A stretch of 64,000 bases of DNA from a virus. The stretch lies in the IMG/VR virus record IMGVR_UViG_3300035208_007100. One strand, written 5' to 3'. Each line of letters begins with the position of its first letter. The first letter of the stretch is position 1. Shown here piece by piece: positions 56,149 through 64,000 of the stretch. The notes under the pieces were generated by a model. It made no database searches and was not told the DNA's origin. It saw only the letters and a program-made list of their open reading frames with translations. Both the position numbers and the translations under genes were made by a program.

Positions 56149-58074
56149 ATGCCCACTGAGCAGACCACCATCGGACGCCTGTTGGTCAACTCCGTGCTTC
56201 CACGGGGTCTGCGAAGCGAACGCGCGTGGGACAAGAAGACACTGACGGCCGTGCTGAACCGGCTGGCTACCGAGCACCCCGAACAGTACCGCGACGTTAC
56301 CTTCAAACTGATGCAAGTGGCGCACCACTCCGCCTATACCACGGGCGGCAACAGCTTCGGGCCGGAGCATCTGCGCAAGTCGCCCGCCGTGCTCAAGTCG
56401 CGAGCGTTGCTTGACCAGCAGCTGCAAGGGATTCTCGACGACGATTCACTGGACGACGCTGCACGGGAGCAGAAGATCACGCAGCTGATGGGCCGCTTCT
56501 CTGCGCAGCAGGAGCAGACTATCTACGACGAGGGCGTGGTCGAGAAGAGCCCCCTGGCTATGCAGGTGGCGTCCGGGGCTCGCGGCAGCAAGATGAACTT
56601 GGCCAGCCTCCGGGGTAGCGACAACCTCTACGTCGACCATCGCGGCCGGGTGATCCCGATTCCCATCCTGCACAGCTTCTCCGAGGGCCTCTCGCCCGCC
56701 GAATATTGGGCCGGGTCCTATGGTGCTCGCAAGGGCACGATGGACACCAAGTTTGCAACCCAGGACGCGGGCTTCCTCTCCAAGCAGCTCAACCAGATCG
56801 TGCACCGGTCCCTTGTCACCTCGGTGGACCGAGAGACACCAGACGATGTGCTTCGCGGTCTGCCTGTGGACACCGACGATGATGACAGCGAAGGGTCGCT
56901 ACTGGCGCAAGGTGCAGCGGGGTATCGGCGCAACACGATTCTCTCGCCGCGTGTGCTGGCTGACATTCGTCGGAAGGGTGTCAAACGGATCCTTGTTCGC
57001 AGTCCGGCTGTCAGCGGGGCAGCCGACGGCGGTGTGTATGCAAGGGACGCAGGCGTGCGAGAGTTCGGTCGGCTGCCCGCTGTGGGCGAGAACGTGGCCC
57101 TCACCGCGGCCCAGGCCCTCTCCGAACCGTTGTCCCAGGCCCAGCTTTCCTCCAAGCACTCCGGCGGCGTGGCCACCGCAGCGTCGGGCAAGGCGGTCTC
57201 GGGATTCGACCGGATCAACCAACTGATCCAGACTCCCAAGACGTTCAAGGGTGGCGCGGCTCACTCCACGATTGACGGCACGGTGCAGCGGATTGACGAG
57301 GCGCCCGCAGGCGGGCTCAACATCACCATCGACAACCAGCAACACTACGTGGGAACCGGCTTCAAGCCACTGGTCAAACGAGGTGACAAGGTCGAGGCCG
57401 GGGACGTGATCTCCGAGGGTCTGCCCGACCCGTCGGTGATTGTGCAGCACAAGGGCATCGGGGAAGGACGCCGCTACTTCATTCAGACATTTCGCCAGGC
57501 GTTCCGCGATGCGGGAATCAAGGGGCACCGTCGCAACATCGAACTACTGGCCCGGGGGTTGATCAATCATGTGCGCCTTACCGACGAGTATGGCGAGTTT
57601 GCGCCAGACGACGTCGTGCCCTATTCTTCCCTTGAACACAGCTGGGTACCCCGCCCCGGTCACCAGGTTGTACAACCTCGATCCGCCGTCGGGCAGTACC
57701 TCGAAGCTCCGACACTGCACTACTCTATCGGAACTAAAGTTCGCCCTTCAATGCTCAAGGATTTCGACGACTTCGGCGTCAACAAGCTGGCGGTTCATCC
57801 AGAGCCGCCGCCGTTTCAGCCGGAGATGATCCGCGGGATGGCCAATCTTCAGCACGACCCGGACTGGGTTACGCGGATGTTCGGCTCGGGACTGAAGGGC
57901 AGTTTGCTGGAAGGTGCGCAGCGTGGAGCGACGAGCGATCCCCATGGAACCAGTTTCGTGCCCGGACTGGCCCGGGCCGTGGATTTCGGTCGCAAGGGGA
58001 AGGTGATCACCCCCGCGTCCGACAACCGACAACCCCCACAAGCCTCCGTCCAGCTGTCACCATTTCTGGGTTAG
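56149..58074 (+). CDS. DNA-directed RNA polymerase beta' C-terminal half (RpoC2-like)
   Basis: TTIGR, SGARGS, FSEGLSPAEY..GARKG.DT...T.DAGFL (bridge helix), GENV..AAQALSEP.SQ..H.GG (trigger loop). Confidence 0.93.
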   Translation: MPTEQTTIGRLLVNSVLPRGLRSERAWDKKTLTAVLNRLATEHPEQYRDVTFKLMQVAHHSAYTTGGNSFGPEHLRKSPAVLKSRALLDQQLQGILDDDSLDDAAREQKITQLMGRFSAQQEQTIYDEGVVEKSPLAMQVASGARGSKMNLASLRGSDNLYVDHRGRVIPIPILHSFSEGLSPAEYWAGSYGARKGTMDTKFATQDAGFLSKQLNQIVHRSLVTSVDRETPDDVLRGLPVDTDDDDSEGSLLAQGAAGYRRNTILSPRVLADIRRKGVKRILVRSPAVSGAADGGVYARDAGVREFGRLPAVGENVALTAAQALSEPLSQAQLSSKHSGGVATAASGKAVSGFDRINQLIQTPKTFKGGAAHSTIDGTVQRIDEAPAGGLNITIDNQQHYVGTGFKPLVKRGDKVEAGDVISEGLPDPSVIVQHKGIGEGRRYFIQTFRQAFRDAGIKGHRRNIELLARGLINHVRLTDEYGEFAPDDVVPYSSLEHSWVPRPGHQVVQPRSAVGQYLEAPTLHYSIGTKVRPSMLKDFDDFGVNKLAVHPEPPPFQPEMIRGMANLQHDPDWVTRMFGSGLKGSLLEGAQRGATSDPHGTSFVPGLARAVDFGRKGKVITPASDNRQPPQASVQLSPFLG

Positions 58075-58124
58075 ACTGGCTAGGTGGGACGAAAGCGACT
58101 AAAATCCGGCAAGGAGGGTCAAGG

Positions 58125-58994
58125 ATGACTACGCTGCCGCAATGGCTCGGTACCGCTGCCGCCAGGGGCTTGGAAAAGCAAGCGCTGCCGCGGTCTGTCA
58201 TCTTTTGGTTGGGCCGTCAGCTGAAGAATCTGGGCATTGGCGGCGGCGGTCTCGCACGCAAGACCGTGCAGACGGTAGGCCCGCACGTTGCACAGATGCC
58301 GGGCGAGGCCGCGTCGGCGATGGGAGGCATCGGTCGCGGGCTGGGCTGGCTGGCCGCCAAGCCGAGTCGGGCTGCTCTCGTTCCAGCCGCCTACTACGGT
58401 GGCGAGGCTGCCACGGCCCCCTTCGCTGATCCCGAAAATCTCAAGGGCATGCGTGAGAATTACTGGGGTTCGGTGGCGTCGAACGCAGGCGACACGACCG
58501 CCAACGGCATGGACCGACTCAAGGACTGGATTCGCTTGCCTGCCCGGGCCTACTTGTCCGGCGGAGCGCAGAACGGCGACGTGGCGAACACGATTGGCGG
58601 CAGGGGAGTATTCACGCCGGGCAGCTCCCAGGCCAAGAACACGTTCAACGCAGGCACCGGCGCGGGCAACGCCGTACAGCAGGGTACGATGACACGCGAA
58701 CTGTCCCAGTACCAGCGAGCGCAGCAGGCGTTGATGCAACAAGCCGAGAAGCGGCGAATGTCACAGTTCCAGGCGCTGCAGCAAAAGGATCAAGCACCCG
58801 GATGGTTCGGTGGCCCGAGTCCTCACGCGGCAGCCAGCACAGCACTCGAAGGGTACCGCAAGGCGTTCCCCGGCGCTCCCATTCCGGGGATTCACGAATT
58901 CACCCCACCGAAGTCTCCGTTGTTGGAGGGAGGCGCAGCCCCCGCTAAGCCTGATGCTTCCGGCTATGCACCAGAGGCCCTGCGGCGTATTTAG
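58125..58994 (+). CDS. Gly/Ala-rich putative virion protein
   Basis: AAGGA RBS; GLEKQA near the N-terminus. Confidence 0.6.
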   Translation: MTTLPQWLGTAAARGLEKQALPRSVIFWLGRQLKNLGIGGGGLARKTVQTVGPHVAQMPGEAASAMGGIGRGLGWLAAKPSRAALVPAAYYGGEAATAPFADPENLKGMRENYWGSVASNAGDTTANGMDRLKDWIRLPARAYLSGGAQNGDVANTIGGRGVFTPGSSQAKNTFNAGTGAGNAVQQGTMTRELSQYQRAQQALMQQAEKRRMSQFQALQQKDQAPGWFGGPSPHAAASTALEGYRKAFPGAPIPGIHEFTPPKSPLLEGGAAPAKPDASGYAPEALRRI

Positions 58995-61550
58995 GTGAGG
59001 TCAACGGCAAGAACGAGTCTTGCTTTACTCGCGACATGGATGGTCCAGATGAGTGGAATCAATCTCTCGGCCCTGCCCAACTACAAGTTTCGCCGCACCA
59101 AGCTGGCCGCCCAGGCGCGGGTCTTGAGCACCCAGCTTCTGTCGATCGTGCAAGGCCTTCGTGTCAAAGCGGGGACCATCGGCGGCGAGCAAGAAGCCTC
59201 GTTCGAGCAGTCGTTTGCGTCGCTGGCCTATGTCTACCTGAAAGACAAGGCCCCGCGGTTGCTGGACTTCATGTTGGGGTTCCAGCTGGTGGATCGCGAC
59301 GACGACAAGACGAAGGCTGTGGGAATCTTCGGCTTCAAGGTCGGTAGCCAATGGCTCTACTCGCCCGTGTTCTTCTTGAACGGGCAGCTCAAGGGTCACG
59401 AGCTGTTGTACCTCAAAGGCCAGGACCAGTTCGTGCCGCTCAAGGAGAACTGGGTCAACTTCGTGCTCAGCCAGCGGCCGCACATTTTGGGAGAGCCCGA
59501 GCAGCGGAACCTCTCGCAGCTGGGTGTCCTCCAGCCCAACCTTTATCGGCTCTCCAGCCCGCCCTACTCGACGAAGTTCGGCTCAGTCCAGGTGGACTTG
59601 CCCAAGGACTGGCCGTCGTGGATGGTCGAAGTCGCACCGTGCCTGGGGAGCTGGGCCACGGACAACCCGATCCGCATGGAGAAGTACGCCGGGCTCGACA
59701 ACCGGCTGTCGCTGCAGGCGCTCTGCCGGGACAGCCTCTACTGGTGCAAGATGGCCATGGACACCTGCGAACGGTATCCGGTCATCGGTGCCTACGTGGA
59801 GCAGTTCTACGGCAACAACTTCTTCCGCGACTCCTTGCTCCATCTGCGCAAAACGGCGATGGCCAGCGAAGAGGGCCGCGTGCTGCGTACGCCGACCGAC
59901 ACGGAGCCGCCGACCCGCGTGCTCAACTTGCTGGACGGGCCTGTGCCCGTGAAGCAGGCTGCCGGACCTGCAGTCGAGATCCACGTCAACGAGGACCAGG
60001 TCTTCACCCAGAACGCCCCAGAACTCACCGAGAGCGAGCGGGAGCGCTTGATGCGAGACGGGCACCTCATCAAGGACCATCGCGAGGGTGACGAGGTCTC
60101 CAAGAAGTACAACACCCAGACCTTGCTGGAGCTGGCTAACCCGGAAGCCACCGGGCTGTACGAGGTACTGGTCAAGCCTCATGGCTTCGCCAAGTGCCTG
60201 GTGATCTCCGCGCCCCAGACCTCCGAAGGTCGCCAGGACTTCTCCACGCTGATCCGGCTGGAGCCCAAGGACTGGATGAACGCCCACCGTTCCACGATCT
60301 ACGCCAAGCCCAAGTTGGACAACGAGGTCGACAGTTGGAACAAGTGGTACGAGAAGCTCGGCAAGGGGTCGCTGGAAAAGGGCGGGGTGTACGTGATTGT
60401 GTCCCGCGAAGGCCAAGGAACGGCTCCGTTTCGCGTCGAAGAGACGCTGGGCGACGGCCGGTTCAAGGTCTCGTTCAAGGACTACGCCACTCGCAACCGG
60501 CCCAAGTACATGCCGCAGATCGCAGAGAACGACCCGGACTGGGACGCGGACTACTACTTCGGTAGCGAGATGATCTCGCTCAATGAGCGCGAAGGGACCA
60601 GCTTCAAGAGCATGTCCAACACGCTCTACGTGCCCAAGGAGCACAAGATCGTTCGCGTCGAGAAGACCGAAGCCGACACCGACAAGAACGCTCCGTGCTG
60701 CGTTGGTGCCGAGTCGCACAGCAAGGACACGCCACTGCGGCCGGGCAACCTGTCGGACATCCAGGCGGAGATCTTGCAGAAGTCGGCCCAGCTCAAGCTG
60801 TACGCCAACAGCAACGAAGTGTCGATCAACAACGGTCAGTTGATGCCCAAGCGGGCCGCGCTGTTCACACTGGTGCGGTACCACGGCTTCCGCGAGAAGG
60901 AGGCCAAGGAACTGATCACTGAGACGGAGAAGCTGGCGATGCGTGGCAAGCCTGGCTTGTTCCGCATCAAGTACGCCCAAGGCTATCCCGGCGAAGTCAA
61001 CGGCAGCAACCTGGTCAACCAGGGCCCAGGCGCCCCGGCAATGCCCGAGCCGATGTACGGTGCCGACCCGTCGTACGGCAACGTACAGCAGCAGTATCCG
61101 CAGTCGGACATGATGCCAGTGCCCGAGCTGAACTCGCAGAACACCGATCCCAACACCTACAATCCGCTGCCGGAAGCCGTGCCGGACCCGATGGCCATGC
61201 AGCAGGCGCAGCAGGCCGGGCAGATGGGTCAGAAGGAGGTGTTCGACACCAGCCTCATCAGCGGGTTGATCCGCACCTCCCGCCAGGACAACATGGTCAA
61301 CCGCTACCTGGGCGACTTGCTCAAGGCGCTGGACCGGCTGGGCCGCTTGCTGTTTGTGTTCTACTGGCACAACGATGAGTTCTCAGACCAGTACGGCAAG
61401 TCTGACTTGCCGGAGCTGGAGGACTCCTTGCGGAATACTTTTGAAAGCCTGGGCGATCTCGTGTTGTGGCTCAAGGAAAAGGACGTGGGCCCGATGCCCG
61501 GCATGAACATGGGTGAGCCGCAGCTCGCGGAAGCCGCCGAAGGTGCATAA
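58995..61550 (+). CDS. large putative virion/structural protein
   Basis: 851 aa, strong GC3 bias, about 10 K-x-A/G motifs; start uncertain. Confidence 0.65.
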   Translation: MRSTARTSLALLATWMVQMSGINLSALPNYKFRRTKLAAQARVLSTQLLSIVQGLRVKAGTIGGEQEASFEQSFASLAYVYLKDKAPRLLDFMLGFQLVDRDDDKTKAVGIFGFKVGSQWLYSPVFFLNGQLKGHELLYLKGQDQFVPLKENWVNFVLSQRPHILGEPEQRNLSQLGVLQPNLYRLSSPPYSTKFGSVQVDLPKDWPSWMVEVAPCLGSWATDNPIRMEKYAGLDNRLSLQALCRDSLYWCKMAMDTCERYPVIGAYVEQFYGNNFFRDSLLHLRKTAMASEEGRVLRTPTDTEPPTRVLNLLDGPVPVKQAAGPAVEIHVNEDQVFTQNAPELTESERERLMRDGHLIKDHREGDEVSKKYNTQTLLELANPEATGLYEVLVKPHGFAKCLVISAPQTSEGRQDFSTLIRLEPKDWMNAHRSTIYAKPKLDNEVDSWNKWYEKLGKGSLEKGGVYVIVSREGQGTAPFRVEETLGDGRFKVSFKDYATRNRPKYMPQIAENDPDWDADYYFGSEMISLNEREGTSFKSMSNTLYVPKEHKIVRVEKTEADTDKNAPCCVGAESHSKDTPLRPGNLSDIQAEILQKSAQLKLYANSNEVSINNGQLMPKRAALFTLVRYHGFREKEAKELITETEKLAMRGKPGLFRIKYAQGYPGEVNGSNLVNQGPGAPAMPEPMYGADPSYGNVQQQYPQSDMMPVPELNSQNTDPNTYNPLPEAVPDPMAMQQAQQAGQMGQKEVFDTSLISGLIRTSRQDNMVNRYLGDLLKALDRLGRLLFVFYWHNDEFSDQYGKSDLPELEDSLRNTFESLGDLVLWLKEKDVGPMPGMNMGEPQLAEAAEGA

Positions 61551-61564
61551 GCAAGGAGCGTTAC

Positions 61565-62155
61565 ATGTCCACACCGTATATGCGAGTCGTGACCATTGAC
61601 GCCGCGAAGGACGTCTGCTACCCGATTGACTTCCCCAGTGATGTAGCCTTGACCAAGGTTACCGTCACGGGTGCGAAGAACAATGGGTACAAGTTCGATC
61701 TTTACTCGCGGGCGTTTACGCGGGAGGCCAAGAACCTGGTACAGATCCAGGACGTGGGTGGGGCCGCCGGACTGGTGTTCGCCGAGAAACACCTACTCAA
61801 AGAAGGTGACACGTTCACCGTCGCAAGTAACGGCGTCGGCGGCTACAACACAACCCACGTCGTGGTCACCGTGGTGGATGACTACCATGTGATCAGTGAT
61901 CAGGTCGGTGCGGCGACGGGAAAGGGCGGGACAGCGACCTTGGCCATCCCCAGTGACCAGCAGCCGCTGTATGAAATCATTCCACAACAGACCGGCTCTT
62001 CCGGCGTGGCTCGCTGGGCGGAGCCTCACGGTGTGCCGTTCGTGAATCAAGACCCACGCACGCCTCACGGGGCCGAGCGGAAGGTGTACATCAAGTTCGA
62101 CACCGAAGATGTCTACCACGTGGCTCTGACATCGATCACCGACTGGACCATCTAG
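61565..62155 (+). CDS. beta-rich putative structural protein
   Basis: AAGGAG RBS; HLLKEGDTFTV..GYN.T..V small beta-barrel-like motif. Confidence 0.6.
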   Translation: MSTPYMRVVTIDAAKDVCYPIDFPSDVALTKVTVTGAKNNGYKFDLYSRAFTREAKNLVQIQDVGGAAGLVFAEKHLLKEGDTFTVASNGVGGYNTTHVVVTVVDDYHVISDQVGAATGKGGTATLAIPSDQQPLYEIIPQQTGSSGVARWAEPHGVPFVNQDPRTPHGAERKVYIKFDTEDVYHVALTSITDWTI

Positions 62156-62178
62156 ATTTTACTTACGTAACGAAAATG
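62155..62178 (+). promoter_or_regulatory. copy 5 of recurring motif (GATTTTACTTACGT)
   Basis: 14/14 match to the reverse complement of 6245-6258; fills the gap before ATG62176. Confidence 0.55.
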
Positions 62179-63153
62179 TACGCAGCCTTTGAAGCCTACA
62201 ACCCGTTCCGGTCGCCCTCTTGGCGGTACGACCGTGTGCTCAAGCTCGTGGGCCACCGTCCGCGTCCGTTGAAGGCTTCGCGTGCGCACGACGACGATAC
62301 GGTCAAAACCTATCGCGATTTCTTGCTTCGCATGCGGAACCGAGAGTCACGGGAGGCCGAGCTGGGGCTGTTCGTGGAAAACCCCTCGCTGTTCCTGGCG
62401 AACACGATCATCAACCACCCCGACCACGAGTGGCGATCGATCTTGCACGCGCGTGTGCTGGCTCGGCAGTCCGACGAGGAGATTGCCCAATGGGCATCCA
62501 CACTCCCTGAGGCCGTCTCCTGGTACAACGAACTGTGCTTCGATGTCCGTGACCGGCTGGAGTCCCGTGGCTATATCATCAAGGTCATCGTCGGCCGCCC
62601 GGATGACCGAAGACCGTCGCACGACGGTTCGATGACCGAGTTTCAGCGTGAGCTGTGCTACAAGATGTTTGGCTACTTCGGCGGTCCGCTGGTGCTCGAA
62701 GCAGTGGTCGCGGGAATGTCCGAAGGCACGTTCCCGTACCGGCCTGCCGACGTGCCCGCGTTTGTGGACAACGCCATCGCCCAGATCGTACGCAATCGCA
62801 CGGCCATGGCTGCTCGCACGATGGCTGTCAATCGCTACACGCTGCCTACGTTGTTCACGACCTATGCCCAGATCCTGACGATCACCAAGCAGGTGGCCGA
62901 GGGTGGTGGTGCCCCGAGCGACGTGAAGCAGAACGTCGAAGCGATGCTCGGGGAAATGCGGTGGAGCGTTGGCCGGACGGGCCACCTCAAGAAGACGTCC
63001 CTGGAACAGGCCTACGACATGACGGCCGTGGAGCCCCGGGCCGACGAAGCGATGGAGCTGGCGAAGGGCCGTGAGCCCGACTCGCTTCGCGACATCAAAG
63101 ACTTGCAACTACGTCTCGCTGTGGAGAAGGAACATGGTCAAGCAGTTCAGTAA
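62176..63153 (+). CDS. hypothetical protein
   Basis: 325 aa, GC3 bias. Confidence 0.7.
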   Translation: MYAAFEAYNPFRSPSWRYDRVLKLVGHRPRPLKASRAHDDDTVKTYRDFLLRMRNRESREAELGLFVENPSLFLANTIINHPDHEWRSILHARVLARQSDEEIAQWASTLPEAVSWYNELCFDVRDRLESRGYIIKVIVGRPDDRRPSHDGSMTEFQRELCYKMFGYFGGPLVLEAVVAGMSEGTFPYRPADVPAFVDNAIAQIVRNRTAMAARTMAVNRYTLPTLFTTYAQILTITKQVAEGGGAPSDVKQNVEAMLGEMRWSVGRTGHLKKTSLEQAYDMTAVEPRADEAMELAKGREPDSLRDIKDLQLRLAVEKEHGQAVQ

Positions 63154-64000
63154 GGCGGCCGAGGATACGCTGCTGGAGGCCGTGCGGGAAGTCACCGCCG
63201 CGGTCGAGGGCGACGATCTTTCGCCGACGGACGCTATCGTCAAGGTCGCCAGCGAGCAGAACCTGCCGCCGACCTACGTTCCGCTGTTGGTCCAGGCCTA
63301 CAACGTGGGCCGCGCCGCGTACCAGCGCGAGCATGGCGGGTCGGGGGTCCTCAACAAGACCGCCGAGTTCCCCATTGCCCGCGTCGAGGACGCCATGGCC
63401 AAGCTCTACCCGGAGAAGCCTGCGGCACCTTCGGAGTTGCTCAAGGAGGCCGTGTCCCCCGAGTACTCCCGGCCGCCCGTGCGACGCCCCGCGACGCAAC
63501 CGGCCCGGCGGGAGAAGGCCGCATCTACTAATTTGGGACAAATTAGTACGAAATTAGTAGATCAGCCCGGCGACCCCATGATCAAGATGTCCAAGGCCTA
63601 CGGCCAGGCCCAGAAGATCACCCACCAGATCGAGGAGTTGCGGTACAAGGCCGGGGCGGCCAAGGACCGGCTGCTCAACGCCCTAAGCACGCTGGGCAAC
63701 TACTACAAGCAGGCCAACCTGGACCCGTTCGAGGTCACGGAGTTCGCCGCCGTGCGGATGTTCGGGGAACCGGCCCGGCACGTGATGGGCTACATTCACG
63801 AACGCAACCGCATGAAGACGTCGCGGTGGGACGGCGGCATCCCCAAGCAGGCCTGCACCCAAGTGGACCCGCAGCAGATGCCCTTCCCGCTGATCCAGGA
63901 CGTGATCACCAAGGGTCGCGAGCTGCTCGAAGCCCAGACCAAGTATGCCCAGACGCGGAGGGAGGGGACTGAAAAGGTCGCCTCCATCCTGCGCCCTTTC
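63134..64000 (+). CDS. putative virion protein, truncated by the window end (not in ORF track)
   Basis: AAGGA RBS; MVKQFSKAAEDTLL... stays open to the end of the window; KAA, KVA, KTA, KEA, EKAA, KQA, EKVA. Confidence 0.7.
   Translation, partial: MVKQFSKAAEDTLLEAVREVTAAVEGDDLSPTDAIVKVASEQNLPPTYVPLLVQAYNVGRAAYQREHGGSGVLNKTAEFPIARVEDAMAKLYPEKPAAPSELLKEAVSPEYSRPPVRRPATQPARREKAASTNLGQISTKLVDQPGDPMIKMSKAYGQAQKITHQIEELRYKAGAAKDRLLNALSTLGNYYKQANLDPFEVTEFAAVRMFGEPARHVMGYIHERNRMKTSRWDGGIPKQACTQVDPQQMPFPLIQDVITKGRELLEAQTKYAQTRREGTEKVASILRPF

Noticed and set aside
48819..58074. Ordinary cellular rpoB-rpoC operon
   Set aside because: No rplK/A/J/L, nusG or rpsL neighbours; fused/split layout, lost Zn sites and interleaved hypothetical genes
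1..64000. CRISPR array, integrase, transposase, or recognisable capsid/terminase
   Set aside because: No regularly spaced repeats or diagnostic motifs seen; phage identity therefore remains an inference
1..64000. Stop-codon reassignment
   Set aside because: Genes tile tightly under the standard code and end in TAA, TAG and TGA

Overview
High-GC, densely packed DNA with almost every credible gene on the + strand. It reads as part of a very large (jumbo/huge) bacteriophage or phage-like element; a Planctomycetota host is inferred from a DUF1571 gene, the CsrA type and a DUF1257/DUF2997/AAA-ATPase cassette. There are four zones. (1) ~0-11.7 kb: small hypothetical genes, a thermonuclease, methyltransferases and a sigma-70-type factor. 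(2) ~5-41 kb, overlapping zone 1: an unusually large glycan-building and decorating set (glycosyltransferases, SAM methyltransferases, two sulfotransferases, four radical SAM enzymes, PIG-L deacetylase, DegT aminotransferase, ATP-grasp/HAD). (3) 31-36 kb: acidic protein, DUF1257-like gene (frameshifted), DUF2997, AAA ATPase and CsrA. (4) 41.8-64 kb: a putative virion/late module whose proteins are rich in K-x-A/S motifs, often at domain boundaries. Zone 4 contains a bacterial-type multisubunit RNA polymerase with an unusual layout: beta fused to the N-terminal half of beta' (both catalytic barrels in one 1473-aa chain), the beta' C-terminal half as a separate gene five ORFs downstream, both beta' zinc sites apparently lost and the rifampicin pocket substituted. 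Other signals are a five-copy intergenic TTACTTACGT motif, two structured-RNA candidates and nested dual-coding ORFs. All family calls come from recognising motifs by eye; no database search was run.
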